Shown here: positions 19,285 through 30,063 of the stretch, piece after piece
Numbering within the stretch: the stretch's first letter is position 1
Layout: each line of letters opens with the position of its first letter
Assembly (NCBI GenBank): GCA_034926675.1
Contig: JAYFQW010000028.1
Location: forward strand, 4,693-68,692
DNA from: Clostridia bacterium
GTDB lineage: Bacteria > Bacillota > DTU025
DNA: 64,000 nucleotides
Direction of reading: 5' to 3'
Program-made: the position numbers and the translations under genes
Notes under the pieces: generated by a model
What the model was told of the DNA's origin: nothing
Seen by the model: only the letters and a program-made list of their open reading frames with translations
Databases searched by the model: none

Positions 19285-19509
19285 GTGGTGATAAGTGTAA
19301 CCAAACTGAACGGTTCGCCGATATTCATTAATGCGGAACTGATAGAGTCGATTGCCGCCACTCCTGATACGGTGATCACGCTTACTACGGGAACAAAGCT
19401 GATCGTATCGGAGCCGGTTGATCGGCTAATCGACGACATCATCCACTACCACCGCCTTATCAACCGGCGCGCGGTAATCGTCCGGAACTGGGCGGATAGA
19501 TCGAGGTAG
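19285..19509 (+). CDS. flbD: flagellar protein FlbD
   Basis: VISVTKLNGSPIFINAELIESI is the classic FlbD sequence. 74 aa, immediately upstream of motA. Confidence 0.8.
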   Translation: MVISVTKLNGSPIFINAELIESIAATPDTVITLTTGTKLIVSEPVDRLIDDIIHYHRLINRRAVIVRNWADRSR

Positions 19510-19513
19510 AACT

Positions 19514-20362
19514 ATGGACATTTCGACCATCATCGGATTCGTGTCAGGGACGTTCTTCATAATATGGGCGATCATGCAGAGCAAGGTTGGGCTCGGGCCG
19601 TTCTGGGATTTCCCCTCGGTTCTGATCACAATCGGGGGCTCGGCGGCCGCCGTCATGATCTGCTTTCCGCTGTCCGCACTTAAGGAACTCCCCAAGATGA
19701 TGATGATCGCTTTCAAGCCGGGCACTTACAATCCACGCAGTGTAATAGAGAAGATAGTGGAACTCGCTGAGAAGGCCAGGCGCGAGGGCCTTCTCGCACT
19801 CGAGGATAGTATCGCCGGCGCCGACGACCTGTTCCTGAAGAGAGGAATACAGCTTATAGTCGATGGCACAGACCCCGAACTGGTCCGCGACATTCTGGAG
19901 ACTGATCTGAACTACATTGAGGACAGGCACAAGTCGGGCAAGAGCATATTCGATGCCATTACGGCCTATGCGCCCGCCTATGGCATGATAGGAACGCTCA
20001 TAGGCCTGGTGCAGATGCTGCGATCCCTTGACGATCCAAGCCAAATCGGGCCCGCCATGGCCGTAGCCTTGGTGACCACATTCTACGGTGCGATTGTCGC
20101 CAACTTCATCAGCGGTCCAGTCGGCGCCAAGCTTGCGATAAGAAACTCCGAGGAAATCCAGTTCCGTGAGATGATGTTGGAGGGCATTCTCTCCATCCAA
20201 TCGGGCGAGAACCCCAGAATCGTGGAGGAGAAACTGATGGGATTCCTCGCTCCTCGCGAGCGCACGATGGCGGCCAAGGAAGCGGAGACGCGCCGTGGCG
20301 GCCGGGGGCAGGCGGCTGGAACCGTGGCTGAAGAGACTGGCGGAGGCGTGACTGGTCGATGA
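19514..20362 (+). CDS. motA: flagellar motor stator protein MotA
   Basis: Four TM segments, conserved plug/charged loop, position. Confidence 0.85.
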   Translation: MDISTIIGFVSGTFFIIWAIMQSKVGLGPFWDFPSVLITIGGSAAAVMICFPLSALKELPKMMMIAFKPGTYNPRSVIEKIVELAEKARREGLLALEDSIAGADDLFLKRGIQLIVDGTDPELVRDILETDLNYIEDRHKSGKSIFDAITAYAPAYGMIGTLIGLVQMLRSLDDPSQIGPAMAVALVTTFYGAIVANFISGPVGAKLAIRNSEEIQFREMMLEGILSIQSGENPRIVEEKLMGFLAPRERTMAAKEAETRRGGRGQAAGTVAEETGGGVTGR

Positions 20363-20410
20363 ACGGGCGCTAGGAGGCGAGCTAGGAGGTGAGCTAGGAG
20401 GTGAGGATGG

Positions 20411-21157
20411 ATGGGCAGACACAAGAAGGAAGATCCGCCGAGCGCCGGCGCTCCCCTATGGGTTACGACGTATGGGGACATGATGTCATTGCTTCTTACG
20501 TTCTTCATCCTGCTGTACTCATTCTCTGTTCTGGATCTCCAGCGTTTCAGGCAGGCGATGATATCGCTTCAGCGGGCGTTCGGCGTCCTGCCGGGGGGAA
20601 CTGCAGTGCTTGACCCTGGATCGATCCCCATTCAGCCAGAGCCGCCTCCGCCGGAGGCCATGGATGAGTACGTTGACGATGGGGGCGGACAGGAGACAAT
20701 GGACGAGCTGGGTCTTCTGCAGGTGGAGCTCACCCAGTACCTGGCCGTACAGGGGCTTGCCGGCAGGGTAAAGGTGGAGATGACGAAACGGGGCCTCCTA
20801 ATCCGTTTCACCGACACTGTTCTGTTCGACTTGGGCCGGGCGGAATTGCGTTCCGATTCGAGGAAGCTTCTCAAAGACATGGCGCAGTTCATAGCGCCCA
20901 TCAAGAATGCTGTGATCGTTGAGGGCCACACCGACAACCTACGTCTTCGCCCGGAGGCTCAGTTCGCTACCAACTGGGAGCTTTCCACTGCACGTGCAAC
21001 TACGGTCGTGCGGTACTTCGTAGAGGGCCTGAGCATGAAACCTGGTCGATTCTCTGCGGCTGGCTACGGCGAGTATCATCCGATCATGCCGAACGACATT
21101 GATGCCAATCGTGCCCTGAACAGGCGCGTTGACCTAGTGATAATCGCATCCGAATGA
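20411..21157 (+). CDS. motB: flagellar motor stator protein MotB (OmpA-like peptidoglycan-binding C-terminus)
   Basis: N-terminus WVTTYGDMMSLLLTFFILLYS (TM with conserved Asp), OmpA-like C-terminal domain. Confidence 0.85.
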   Translation: MGRHKKEDPPSAGAPLWVTTYGDMMSLLLTFFILLYSFSVLDLQRFRQAMISLQRAFGVLPGGTAVLDPGSIPIQPEPPPPEAMDEYVDDGGGQETMDELGLLQVELTQYLAVQGLAGRVKVEMTKRGLLIRFTDTVLFDLGRAELRSDSRKLLKDMAQFIAPIKNAVIVEGHTDNLRLRPEAQFATNWELSTARATTVVRYFVEGLSMKPGRFSAAGYGEYHPIMPNDIDANRALNRRVDLVIIASE

Positions 21158-21195
21158 CTTGGCCGCTGCAGAAGCGGATCATGGAGGAGAAGGGT

Positions 21196-21684
21196 ATGGC
21201 CAAAGGAGGGCCGGGCAAGGCAAGCAAGACATTGGTCACTGTGATTACGGTACTGGTGCTGCTCATTGCAGCGGGAACTGTCGGCTACGTCATAGTCCGT
21301 GGCAAACCGGCGAAGGGAGATCCAGGATCCAACGGGGCTTCGAACAAAGCCGGATCTAACACAGACTCGGTCGAGGCGGAACTAGGACCCATGTACGCGT
21401 TTGAGACCTTCATCGTGAATGTGGCAGAGGCGATGAACCGCAGGTACCTCAAGTGCGCCCTCACCATGGAGCTGGATAATGCCGCTGGCACGGCCGAGGC
21501 AGTGGCGAGAGTCGCACTACTGCGCGATGCGGTGATCGATATCCTGTCGGCGAAGACCATGGCGGAACTGGAGCCTGGGCCTGCAAGGGACGAGCTCAGG
21601 CGGGCGCTGGCGAAGAAGCTCGATTCCGTGATGACAGAATCCCGCGTTCGGCGGGTGTTCTTTAGCGAGTTTGTCGTGCAATGA
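21196..21684 (+). CDS. fliL: flagellar basal body-associated protein FliL
   Basis: Single N-terminal TM, PMYAFETFIVNV...RRYLKCALTMELD FliL motif. Start taken at the ATG after GGAGGAG. Confidence 0.75.
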   Translation: MAKGGPGKASKTLVTVITVLVLLIAAGTVGYVIVRGKPAKGDPGSNGASNKAGSNTDSVEAELGPMYAFETFIVNVAEAMNRRYLKCALTMELDNAAGTAEAVARVALLRDAVIDILSAKTMAELEPGPARDELRRALAKKLDSVMTESRVRRVFFSEFVVQ

Positions 21685-21700
21685 GCAGGAGTTGTTGTAT

Positions 21701-22720
21701 GTGACTGAAGTACTGACCCAGGAGGAGATCAATGCTCTCCTCACTCAGTTCTCGAAAACTGATGAGGCGGTCGAACCGAGGGAGGGCGCCATCGATGGCA
21801 AGACGTACCGGGTGTACGACTTCAAGCGCCCCAACAGATTCTCCCGGGATCAGCTCAGAACTATACACATGTTGCATGAGACGTTTGCCCGGTATTTCGC
21901 CACAACACTCTCTGCACACCTGCGCACGCCGGTGAAGGTTACCCTCACCGACGTGCAGCAGCGCATATACGACGAGTACATGTCGTCGATGAGAGCGCCT
22001 GCCGTTCTCTACGTGTTCACGCCAGAACCCCTGGACGGACAGGCTGTGATGGAATTCAACCCGTACATCGTCTTCATCATGATCGACAGGCTCATGGGCG
22101 GACCAGGGCGAGTGAGAGGCAAGATCCGGGAACTCACGGAGATCGAGGAGAACCTGGTCAGAGCCATAGTTCTTCGGTCAATGGATGACCTGAGGGAGGC
22201 CTGGGACCCCATGCTCAGGTTTGACCCGCATATCGACAGATACGAATCCAACCCGCAATTCGCGCAGATCGTATCGCCCAATGACACTGTGGTTCTCATG
22301 ACATTCGATGTCAAAGTGGGAGATGCTTCAGGATCGATGAGCATCTGCATGCCCCACTCCACACTCCAGCCTGTTCTTCAGAAACTCAATGCCCAGCAGT
22401 GGTACCAGAAGGGCGGCAAGATAAGCTCTGAAAAGTCCACTAGTGCGATAGCCGCTGGGCTCGATAATGTGAAGGTCCCGGTTATCGCCGTGCTCGGCAA
22501 GGCTTCAGTGCCCATGCGTGAGATGCTCGATTTGCAGGTTGGAGATCTGATACGTCTCGATGAGCGTTCATCGGGGAACCTCACGGTGATCGTGGGGCAG
22601 ACTCCGAAGTTCATCGGAATACCGGGGCTTGTTGGCAAGAGTTGCGCAGTTCAGGTCATCGATAGGGCGGGAGACCAAGTGAAAGGAAGCATTCAAACGG
22701 AGAGGCGGGAGTCGCAATGA
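21701..22720 (+). CDS. fliM: flagellar motor switch protein FliM
   Basis: [12 protein letters not shown]-terminal CheY-P binding motif. GTG start after an AGGAG RBS (listed ORF begins at 21671). Confidence 0.85.
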   Translation: MTEVLTQEEINALLTQFSKTDEAVEPREGAIDGKTYRVYDFKRPNRFSRDQLRTIHMLHETFARYFATTLSAHLRTPVKVTLTDVQQRIYDEYMSSMRAPAVLYVFTPEPLDGQAVMEFNPYIVFIMIDRLMGGPGRVRGKIRELTEIEENLVRAIVLRSMDDLREAWDPMLRFDPHIDRYESNPQFAQIVSPNDTVVLMTFDVKVGDASGSMSICMPHSTLQPVLQKLNAQQWYQKGGKISSEKSTSAIAAGLDNVKVPVIAVLGKASVPMREMLDLQVGDLIRLDERSSGNLTVIVGQTPKFIGIPGLVGKSCAVQVIDRAGDQVKGSIQTERRESQ

Positions 22721-23208
22721 ACGGCATGGAGAAGACAGACGCCGCGTGGGCTGACACTGAGACCGGGGACGACGATATTCCCACTTTCGACCTCACGCCA
22801 GAGACGCCAGAGACCAACGAGGCCAAGGCGCCGCTGGTCTCTAGGTCCGCGGGTCCAAAGGCATCCGCGCCTGAAACGCCTCCACCTGCTCCCGCGCCTG
22901 AGGTGCGCCCGGTGCAGTTCATGCCGTTCGACGACCTCCGCTCCGGCAGGGGAAACAGCAATATCGATCTGCTCATGGACGTGCCCTTGCCTGTAGTGGT
23001 TGAACTAGGACGAACCAGCATGCTGGTGAAGGAGATCCTGTCGCTTGGCCCAGGGTCCATCATCGAGCTAGACAAGGCTGCAGGGGAGAACGTGGATATT
23101 CTCGTGAATGGAAGGCTCATAGCCAAGGGCGAGGTCGTGGTGATCGAGGAGAACTTCGGAGTCAGGATCGTGGAGTTCGTAACCACACCAGAGAAAGCTG
23201 TGCAGTGA
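22717..23208 (+). CDS. fliN: flagellar motor switch protein FliN (short form with a disordered N-terminal extension)
   Basis: C-terminal SpoA domain [59 protein letters not shown]. Confidence 0.8.
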   Translation: MNGMEKTDAAWADTETGDDDIPTFDLTPETPETNEAKAPLVSRSAGPKASAPETPPPAPAPEVRPVQFMPFDDLRSGRGNSNIDLLMDVPLPVVVELGRTSMLVKEILSLGPGSIIELDKAAGENVDILVNGRLIAKGEVVVIEENFGVRIVEFVTTPEKAVQ

Positions 23209-23212
23209 GGAC

Positions 23213-23590
23213 ATGCAGGAGAGTACTGGGCAACTGCTGCTTCGGACCGGGGGCGCTCTGGTCGTAGTCATCGGACTCATCTACTTCACGGCCTACCTGG
23301 GCAGACGTGCGCAGGCTGCCGGGCTGATCAGGGGGTCGGCACGGAGAAGGCGCATCATGGTGGTGGATACGGCGCGAATCGGGCCTGATGCATATCTCCA
23401 CCTGGTCGAGGTGGACGGGAGGACGGTCCTGGTGGCAGTGAACCGTGGGTGTGTGGCCTTTGCGCCTGGAGATCACAGCGCCGGGAAGGATTCCTGCGCC
23501 TGCCCCGCCGGCGCCGGAGGAATTGGCATGGGCGCTTCAAAACATTCGGATTCCTCTGATGTCGCAGACGGCGGGGTGAGGGCTGAATGA
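23213..23590 (+). CDS. fliO: flagellar biosynthesis protein FliO/FliZ
   Basis: Small protein with a single TM, position immediately before fliP. Confidence 0.6.
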   Translation: MQESTGQLLLRTGGALVVVIGLIYFTAYLGRRAQAAGLIRGSARRRRIMVVDTARIGPDAYLHLVEVDGRTVLVAVNRGCVAFAPGDHSAGKDSCACPAGAGGIGMGASKHSDSSDVADGGVRAE

Positions 23591-24375
23591 AGGCCAGAGT
23601 ACGTGGAATTAAATTCTGCCTCACGGGGTTGTCCATTGCGGGAATGGCGTTTGCCATTACCCTGATCATTTCCATGGCGGCTGAGTGTGCGCCTCTTCGG
23701 ATACCCGGGATGAGCCTCGCCATCGATACCGCCGACAATCCGAAGGAGGTCGCGGGCGCCCTTCAGATACTGGCGCTTCTGACTGTGTTGACGCTCGTGC
23801 CTTCCATACTGTTGATGATGACTTCATTCACGCGGATCGCCATAGTGCTGTCGTTCGTTCGATCTTCCATGGGGACTCAGCAGGTCCCCCCGAACCAGGT
23901 GCTCATCGGCTTAGCCCTTTTCATCACCTTGTTCGTGATGATGCCAGTGTTCGACCAGATGAACCGGGAGGCGCTACAGCCGTATATGGCGGGGAAGCTC
24001 AAGCAGGAGGAGGCGCTGGCCAAGGCCGCAGGCCCGATCCGCACCTTCATGCTGAAGCAGACTCGCGAGAAGGATCTTGCGCTGTTCGTGGATCTGGCAG
24101 GGCTAAAGCAGCCCAACAAGCCAGATGACCTTCCCCTTCACGTGGTGATTCCGGCATTCATGATCAGCGAACTCAAGACGGCTTTCCAGATGGGATTCGT
24201 AATCTTCATACCATTTCTTGTCGTCGATATGCTGGTGTCCAGCATCCTGATGTCCATGGGTATGATGATGCTGCCGCCCGTGCTGATATCCCTCCCATTC
24301 AAGGTGCTCCTGTTTGTGCTTGTGGATGGATGGGCGCTCGTCGTTAAGTCCCTTGTCGAGAGCTTCGTGCGGTAA
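23587..24375 (+). CDS. fliP: flagellar export apparatus protein FliP
   Basis: Highly conserved FliP motifs (LTLVPSILLMMTSFTRIAIVLSF; GLALFITLFVMMPV). Confidence 0.9.
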   Translation: MKARVRGIKFCLTGLSIAGMAFAITLIISMAAECAPLRIPGMSLAIDTADNPKEVAGALQILALLTVLTLVPSILLMMTSFTRIAIVLSFVRSSMGTQQVPPNQVLIGLALFITLFVMMPVFDQMNREALQPYMAGKLKQEEALAKAAGPIRTFMLKQTREKDLALFVDLAGLKQPNKPDDLPLHVVIPAFMISELKTAFQMGFVIFIPFLVVDMLVSSILMSMGMMMLPPVLISLPFKVLLFVLVDGWALVVKSLVESFVR

Positions 24376-24395
24376 GGAGATAGGGAGGCAGGCGT

Positions 24396-24665
24396 ATGAA
24401 CGAGGCTACGGTAACATCAATAGCTGTTCAGGCACTCGCCGTGGCGTTCAAGGTGAGCGCGCCAGTGCTCCTCACTGCACTTGTCGTTGGCATAGTGGTG
24501 TCGGTTCTCCAGGCTGCCACGCAGATCCAGGAGATGACCCTAACGTTTGTCCCGAAGGTGCTTGCTATCGCTGCGGTCATGCTTCTTGCTGGTCCATGGA
24601 TAATGAGGACCATGGTGGGATTCACGAGGGACTTGTTCGGCATGATGACGACTTTGGCTAAGTAG
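24396..24665 (+). CDS. fliQ: flagellar export apparatus protein FliQ
   Basis: 89 aa, two TM segments, conserved FliQ sequence. Confidence 0.9.
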   Translation: MNEATVTSIAVQALAVAFKVSAPVLLTALVVGIVVSVLQAATQIQEMTLTFVPKVLAIAAVMLLAGPWIMRTMVGFTRDLFGMMTTLAK

Positions 24666-25460
24666 GTGGCGGGTTCGATGCACGGGGCGACTATCGGCCT
24701 TTCTGAACGGGATTTTCTCATATTCCTGCTGGTGCTTGTGAGGATGACCGGCCTCTTCGTCATCGCCCCTGTGTTCGGCCATGCCAGCCTGCCGCGGCAG
24801 GTCAAGGTGGGCTTGGCAGTCGCAAGCGCCATCTTCGTGTTTCCTTCGGTGTTGGGGTCGAATTCCCAGGCGCCAGGCGATACTGCTGAGCTAGCCCTTA
24901 TGGTCGGACGCGAACTACTGGTGGGGACCGTGATCGGATATATCGCACTCCTCATATTCGCCGCGACTCAGATGGCAGGTGAGCTCGTAGATACGCAGAT
25001 CGGATTCGGGCTTGCGAACATAGTGGACCCATCATTCGGAGGGCAGGTCACTGTCATCGGCCAGTACCAGTTCCTGATCGCGACGATGCTCTACCTGACT
25101 GTGAACGGACATCACATTCTAGTGGGCGCGATCGTGAGGAGCTACGGCGCAGTGCCCTTGGGAAGCGCGAGTATTGGCCCGGAACTCCTGACTCTTATCA
25201 TTGCGAAGTTCTCGGAACTGCTCAAGATCGCAGCGAGAATGGCGATCCCGGCAGTGGCATGCCTGATAATCACCGAGATTGCCCTTGGCGTGCTGGCGCG
25301 GTCTGTCCCCCAGATGAACGTGCTGATGGTGGGGTTTCCCCTCAAGATCATCGTCGGTTTCGTCGTCATGGGGTTGGCGGCGCCGGCTATCTGTGGGTAC
25401 ATGCAGGGGGTGTTCGGGAGACTTCCGGAATCCCTCAGCGCGGTACTGAGATCGTTCTGA
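24666..25460 (+). CDS. fliR: flagellar export apparatus protein FliR
   Basis: Polytopic membrane protein, position between fliQ and flhB. Confidence 0.85.
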   Translation: MAGSMHGATIGLSERDFLIFLLVLVRMTGLFVIAPVFGHASLPRQVKVGLAVASAIFVFPSVLGSNSQAPGDTAELALMVGRELLVGTVIGYIALLIFAATQMAGELVDTQIGFGLANIVDPSFGGQVTVIGQYQFLIATMLYLTVNGHHILVGAIVRSYGAVPLGSASIGPELLTLIIAKFSELLKIAARMAIPAVACLIITEIALGVLARSVPQMNVLMVGFPLKIIVGFVVMGLAAPAICGYMQGVFGRLPESLSAVLRSF

Positions 25461-25528
25461 CAGCGCAGTGCCAGGTTGTTTTCTGAGCATGCAGAAGCTC
25501 CGGATATCAGCGAGGGATGTGAGGGCGT

Positions 25529-26686
25529 TTGGCGGGAGAAGACAGGACAGAGCAAGCAACACCACGAAGGCGCGAAGAGTCGCGCAAGAAGGGGCAGGTG
25601 GCCAGGAGCGCAGAGCTATCCGCCGCCCTCAACTTCATTGTGTGCCTGTATGTGCTGCAGTCCTCCTTCTCGTTCGCCAGCCGGACCCTTGCGAGCTTCA
25701 TGTCGGCCAGTATGTCGGGGCTTGCCATGGCGGACCTATCCGATGCTGCAAGCCTATCGATTCTGGGCAATGCGCTCATTACAGTCCTGATGGCCGCCGC
25801 GCCAATCGTGCTTGCGGCCATGATCACCGGGGTTGCGGCGAGTGTGGCTCAAGTAGGCCTCCTGCTCACTCCGCAGGCATTCACCCCGCAGCTTTCCAGG
25901 ATCGATCCCTTGGCCGGATTCGGGCGCATGTTCTCCAAGCGGGCCGTGGTGGAGATGCTCAAAGCCGTGGCAAAGGCGATCGTGATCGGCTACTTCGGTT
26001 ACACGGGGCTCAGGGCTAGGATGCCTGATCTGGTCATGGCGGCGTCGATGGATCTGGGTGAGGGGTTGGCGACCGCAGGCAACACAGCCATGTATGTTGG
26101 AACCCACATGGCCATCCCACTGCTCACCCTTGGAGCTATCGACTATGCATATCAGAAGATCGAACTGGAGCGAAACCTTCGGATGACCAAACAGGAGCTC
26201 AAGGAGGAACTTCGGCAGCAGGAAGGCGACCCGCTCATTCGCTCCAGGATCAGGCAGCGCCAGAGGCAGATAGCGACCCGCAGGATGATGCAGGACGTGA
26301 AGACCGCGGACGTGGTCGTGACTAACCCGACCCACTATGCGGTGGCAGTGAAGTACGATCAGGAGAAGATGAACGCACCGCGGGTGGTTGCCAAAGGCCA
26401 GCGGCTGATCGCGCTGAGAATTCGTGAGATTGCGCAGGAAGCTGGAGTGCCGATTGTGGAGAATCCTCCAGTCGCACAGGCTCTGTACCATTCAGTGGAG
26501 ATCGGACGGGAGGTCCCCCCAGAGCTATACCGGGCGGTTGCCGAGATCCTGGCCTTCGTTTTCAAGCTTGCCAAGGAGAGAGGGGCCTCAGCCGGAGGCG
26601 CCAATGCGCGTTCGAATCCGCAGGGCGACACTCAGGTCAGCGGAAGTGGGGATGGAGAGGAGGGGAGCAACGGATGGCTGATCTAG
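25529..26686 (+). CDS. flhB: flagellar export apparatus protein FlhB
   Basis: N-terminus EDRTEQATPRRREESRKKGQVARS, NPTH autocleavage motif (VVTNPTHYAVAV). Confidence 0.9.
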   Translation: MAGEDRTEQATPRRREESRKKGQVARSAELSAALNFIVCLYVLQSSFSFASRTLASFMSASMSGLAMADLSDAASLSILGNALITVLMAAAPIVLAAMITGVAASVAQVGLLLTPQAFTPQLSRIDPLAGFGRMFSKRAVVEMLKAVAKAIVIGYFGYTGLRARMPDLVMAASMDLGEGLATAGNTAMYVGTHMAIPLLTLGAIDYAYQKIELERNLRMTKQELKEELRQQEGDPLIRSRIRQRQRQIATRRMMQDVKTADVVVTNPTHYAVAVKYDQEKMNAPRVVAKGQRLIALRIREIAQEAGVPIVENPPVAQALYHSVEIGREVPPELYRAVAEILAFVFKLAKERGASAGGANARSNPQGDTQVSGSGDGEEGSNGWLI

Positions 26687-28794
26687 GGCAGGGCGAAAAC
26701 GCAGGCGCAGGAACTGGGGCTGGAACGAACGCACTGTCGGCGTTGCTCCAGTATCTCAAGGGCGGCGATATCGCCATGGCGGCCATCGTCATGGCCACGG
26801 TCATGATGATGGTTGTCCCGATTCCATCGATTATCCTCGATATTCTACTTGCGCTGAACCTCGCGTTCTCGCTTGCGATACTTCTTGTGACAATGTACAT
26901 CACTGAACCCCTTGAGTTCTCTGTCTTTCCATCGCTGCTTCTCATCGTGACCCTCTTTCGGCTGTCTTTGAACGTCTCAGCCACCAAACTGATACTGCTC
27001 AAGGGCAACGCGGGTTCGGTTATCGAGGCATTCGGAAACTTCGTGGTGGGGGGCAACTACATAGTCGGGCTCGTCATATTCCTCATCCTCGTTATCATCC
27101 AGTTTGTGGTGATTACCAACGGCGCGGGGCGCGTGGCTGAAGTGGCCGCAAGGTTCACTCTAGATGCGATGCCGGGCAAACAGATGAGCATCGACGCGGA
27201 TCTGAATGCAGGCATGATCACTGAGGATCAGGCGCGACGGCGTCGCCTCAAAATCCAGCAGGAAGCGGATTTCTACGGCGCGATGGATGGCTCCAGCAAG
27301 TTCGTGCGGGGTGACGCCATTGCGGGAATCATCATCATCGCAATCAACATTGTGGGAGGAATCCTCATCGGCATCGTGCAACTTGGGATTCCCGCAATGG
27401 AGGCCTTTGAGCGGTTTGCCCTGCTTACAGTGGGAGACGGACTCGTGAACCAGATACCGGCCCTACTGATCTCGACTGCCACTGGCATCGTAGTGACGAG
27501 AGCGGCATCCGAATCAGACCTAGGCCACGACTTCCAGGCTCAGATGCTTGCGCAGCCCAAGGCCGTGGGGATTGCGGCTGTGCTCTTGTTCGCAATTGGA
27601 TTGGTTCCCGGCCTTCCCAAGGTCCCATTCCTTCTGCTGGGCGGCACGGCTGCGTGGTACGCCTACGGCCTGGCCAAGAAGGCCAAGGAGAAGGAGGAGG
27701 GGCCTCCAGATGAGGGCGTTCCTGTGAGGCCGACCTCCGATGAAGGAGAGGATGTGATGGCGCTCCTGCGGGTGGAGACAATGGAACTCAACTTCGGGTA
27801 CGCTCTCATTCCTCTGGTCGATGTGGACCAGGGAGGCGACCTGAAGGATCGAGTTGCTGCAGTCAGGCGGCAGATCGCGCTGGAACTCGGCATTCTGGTG
27901 CCGTCGGTGCGTATCCGTGATGGTGTGCAGGCTAGGCCCAACGAGTACATTGTGAAGATCAAAGGGGTGGAAGTGGCGAGGGGAGAGGTCATCCCCGACT
28001 GCTTCATGGCGATGAACCCCGGCACTGCAACTGGGGACATCGACGGCAGCCCAACCAGGGAACCCGCCTTTGGCCTCCCGGCAGTCTGGGTTGCCGGCGC
28101 TCGAAGGTCGGAGGCCGAGATGATGGGCTACACTGTGGTGGATCCTGCCTCGGTGATCGCAACGCACCTGTCGGAGATCATTAAGGCCCATGCCCCTGAG
28201 CTCCTATCCAGGCAGGATACCCGGAACCTTGTGGATAACGTGAAGAAGACCTCGCCAGCCGTGGTGGAGGAACTGATTCCCGCGCAGATGAGCGTGGGCG
28301 AAGTGCAGCGAGTCCTTCAAAACCTGGTGAGGGAGAGGATATCCATTCGAGACCTCACTACTATACTGGAGGCCTTGGGTGATGCCTCAGGCGCCTACAA
28401 GGATGTGGACGCTCTTACGGAGTACGTCAGATCCAGGCTGGGCCGATCAATCTGCGCGCAGTACGCGGGGCCGGATGGAATGTCGGTGCTTACGATAGAG
28501 CCATCACTGGAGCAGCAGCTTCTTGAGTCCCTCGACATAACCGAGCATGGCGCCTATCTGGCGCCTGAGCCAAAGGTGTACAGGGCTTTGATGTCGAGCC
28601 TGGCCTCTGAGAGCGAACGGATGGCTGCTTCAGGGCTACAGCCCATGGTGCTAACGGCGAGCAACCTCAGGCCGCATTTCCGCCGCCTGATCGAGAGGGC
28701 CGCTCCTGCAGTGGTCGTCCTTTCCTACACTGAAGTGGTGCCGGAAGTAAGGGTAAATGCAGTCGGGATGGTGAGTTTGGGCAATGCGGGCTAA
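26674..28794 (+). CDS. flhA: flagellar export apparatus protein FlhA
   Basis: 706 aa, N-terminal TM domain with FHIPx-family motifs, large C-terminal cytoplasmic domain. Confidence 0.9.
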   Translation: MADLGQGENAGAGTGAGTNALSALLQYLKGGDIAMAAIVMATVMMMVVPIPSIILDILLALNLAFSLAILLVTMYITEPLEFSVFPSLLLIVTLFRLSLNVSATKLILLKGNAGSVIEAFGNFVVGGNYIVGLVIFLILVIIQFVVITNGAGRVAEVAARFTLDAMPGKQMSIDADLNAGMITEDQARRRRLKIQQEADFYGAMDGSSKFVRGDAIAGIIIIAINIVGGILIGIVQLGIPAMEAFERFALLTVGDGLVNQIPALLISTATGIVVTRAASESDLGHDFQAQMLAQPKAVGIAAVLLFAIGLVPGLPKVPFLLLGGTAAWYAYGLAKKAKEKEEGPPDEGVPVRPTSDEGEDVMALLRVETMELNFGYALIPLVDVDQGGDLKDRVAAVRRQIALELGILVPSVRIRDGVQARPNEYIVKIKGVEVARGEVIPDCFMAMNPGTATGDIDGSPTREPAFGLPAVWVAGARRSEAEMMGYTVVDPASVIATHLSEIIKAHAPELLSRQDTRNLVDNVKKTSPAVVEELIPAQMSVGEVQRVLQNLVRERISIRDLTTILEALGDASGAYKDVDALTEYVRSRLGRSICAQYAGPDGMSVLTIEPSLEQQLLESLDITEHGAYLAPEPKVYRALMSSLASESERMAASGLQPMVLTASNLRPHFRRLIERAAPAVVVLSYTEVVPEVRVNAVGMVSLGNAG

Positions 28795-30010
28795 ACGATA
28801 CGAAGGTGCAACGATGAAAGAGGTCCTCTCCCAGGTGCGGCGGGACCTCGGGCCAGAGGCCGTGATCCTGGAAGCGCGGCAGTGTCGTGGGCATGGGCTC
28901 GCGGCTCTGCTGAGTCTGCTCCGCATACGCCCTGTGTGCAGGTTCGAAGTACTAGCTGCAGCGGATGGCGATCCGGAGCCCTGCGAAATGGAGTTCGGGG
29001 CAGCCCTTGAGCGCGCGGAATCCCGCGGCGCTGCTCCAACTAACCAGCCAGGCCAGATCGGGCAGACTGGCACAGTGGACGGAGCGGGCGCAATGGGTTC
29101 ACCACGCTCGAACGGCGGCATCAGGACGCCTGGTGTGCCCAGTGGAGGCAGTCTGCGGGCTACTCTTTCAGTGTTGGCCAGGGAATCGGCTGCAAGAGGA
29201 CGGGCCGCGGCGCTGTCGCCAGAGATGGCAGATCTCTACGCGCTTCTGCTTGATGAAGACGTATCAGAGGAGACTGCATTTCGCCTAGTTAGCAGGCTTG
29301 GCCTGGAATCCCCCGGCGTTCCTCCGCCCGGCATTGAACTCAGGCAATGGGCAGCCCACGCTGTCTCGGCGATGACGCCGGTCTCCGGACCGATGCAGCT
29401 GATTAGGGGCAGGCGGAAGGTAGTCGGATTCATCGGCCCCACGGGGGTGGGCAAGACGACCACCATAGCGAAGCTAGCTGCCAACTTCGTTCTCGTGGAA
29501 AAGGCGCGGGTTGCACTCATCACTGCTGACACATATCGGATCGCCGCGATTGAGCAGGTTCGAACGTACGCGGATATCATAGGAGTTCCGTGCGAGGTGG
29601 CGTACTCGGCGAAGGATATGGGGGATGCGCTAGCGAAACATGCGGATAAGGAAGTAGTCCTTATCGACACCGCTGGGAGGAGCCCGAACAATCCGACACG
29701 AATGTATGAACTGCGAGGCATGATGGATGCTGCGCTTCCCGAAGAGACCCATCTGGTTCTTTCCGCGACCACACGAAGGCAGGACCTAGATAATCTCGTC
29801 GAGCGTTTCTCAGGTGTGGGGTTCGATAAGGTCATCCTCACCAAGCTCGATGAGAGCACGAACATCGGAGCGGTGTTCAATGTGGCCGCCAAATCTGGAA
29901 AGCCGTTCTCATATCTCACGACCGGACAAGGTGTGCCTGAGGATATCGAGGCCGCGACCCACTCTGTTCTGGCGCAGATGCTATCAGACAGGTGGCGAAC
30001 GAGGCAGTGA
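28784..30010 (+). CDS. flhF: flagellar biosynthesis GTPase FlhF (SRP-type)
   Basis: SRP-GTPase motifs GPTGVGKTTT, DTAGR, TKLD. Position after flhA. Confidence 0.8.
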   Translation: MRAKRYEGATMKEVLSQVRRDLGPEAVILEARQCRGHGLAALLSLLRIRPVCRFEVLAAADGDPEPCEMEFGAALERAESRGAAPTNQPGQIGQTGTVDGAGAMGSPRSNGGIRTPGVPSGGSLRATLSVLARESAARGRAAALSPEMADLYALLLDEDVSEETAFRLVSRLGLESPGVPPPGIELRQWAAHAVSAMTPVSGPMQLIRGRRKVVGFIGPTGVGKTTTIAKLAANFVLVEKARVALITADTYRIAAIEQVRTYADIIGVPCEVAYSAKDMGDALAKHADKEVVLIDTAGRSPNNPTRMYELRGMMDAALPEETHLVLSATTRRQDLDNLVERFSGVGFDKVILTKLDESTNIGAVFNVAAKSGKPFSYLTTGQGVPEDIEAATHSVLAQMLSDRWRTRQ

Positions 30011-30063
30011 GCACGGATAGTGGATTCCCGACGCATGGAAGCGGATGTGGGAGGGTTGACAAC

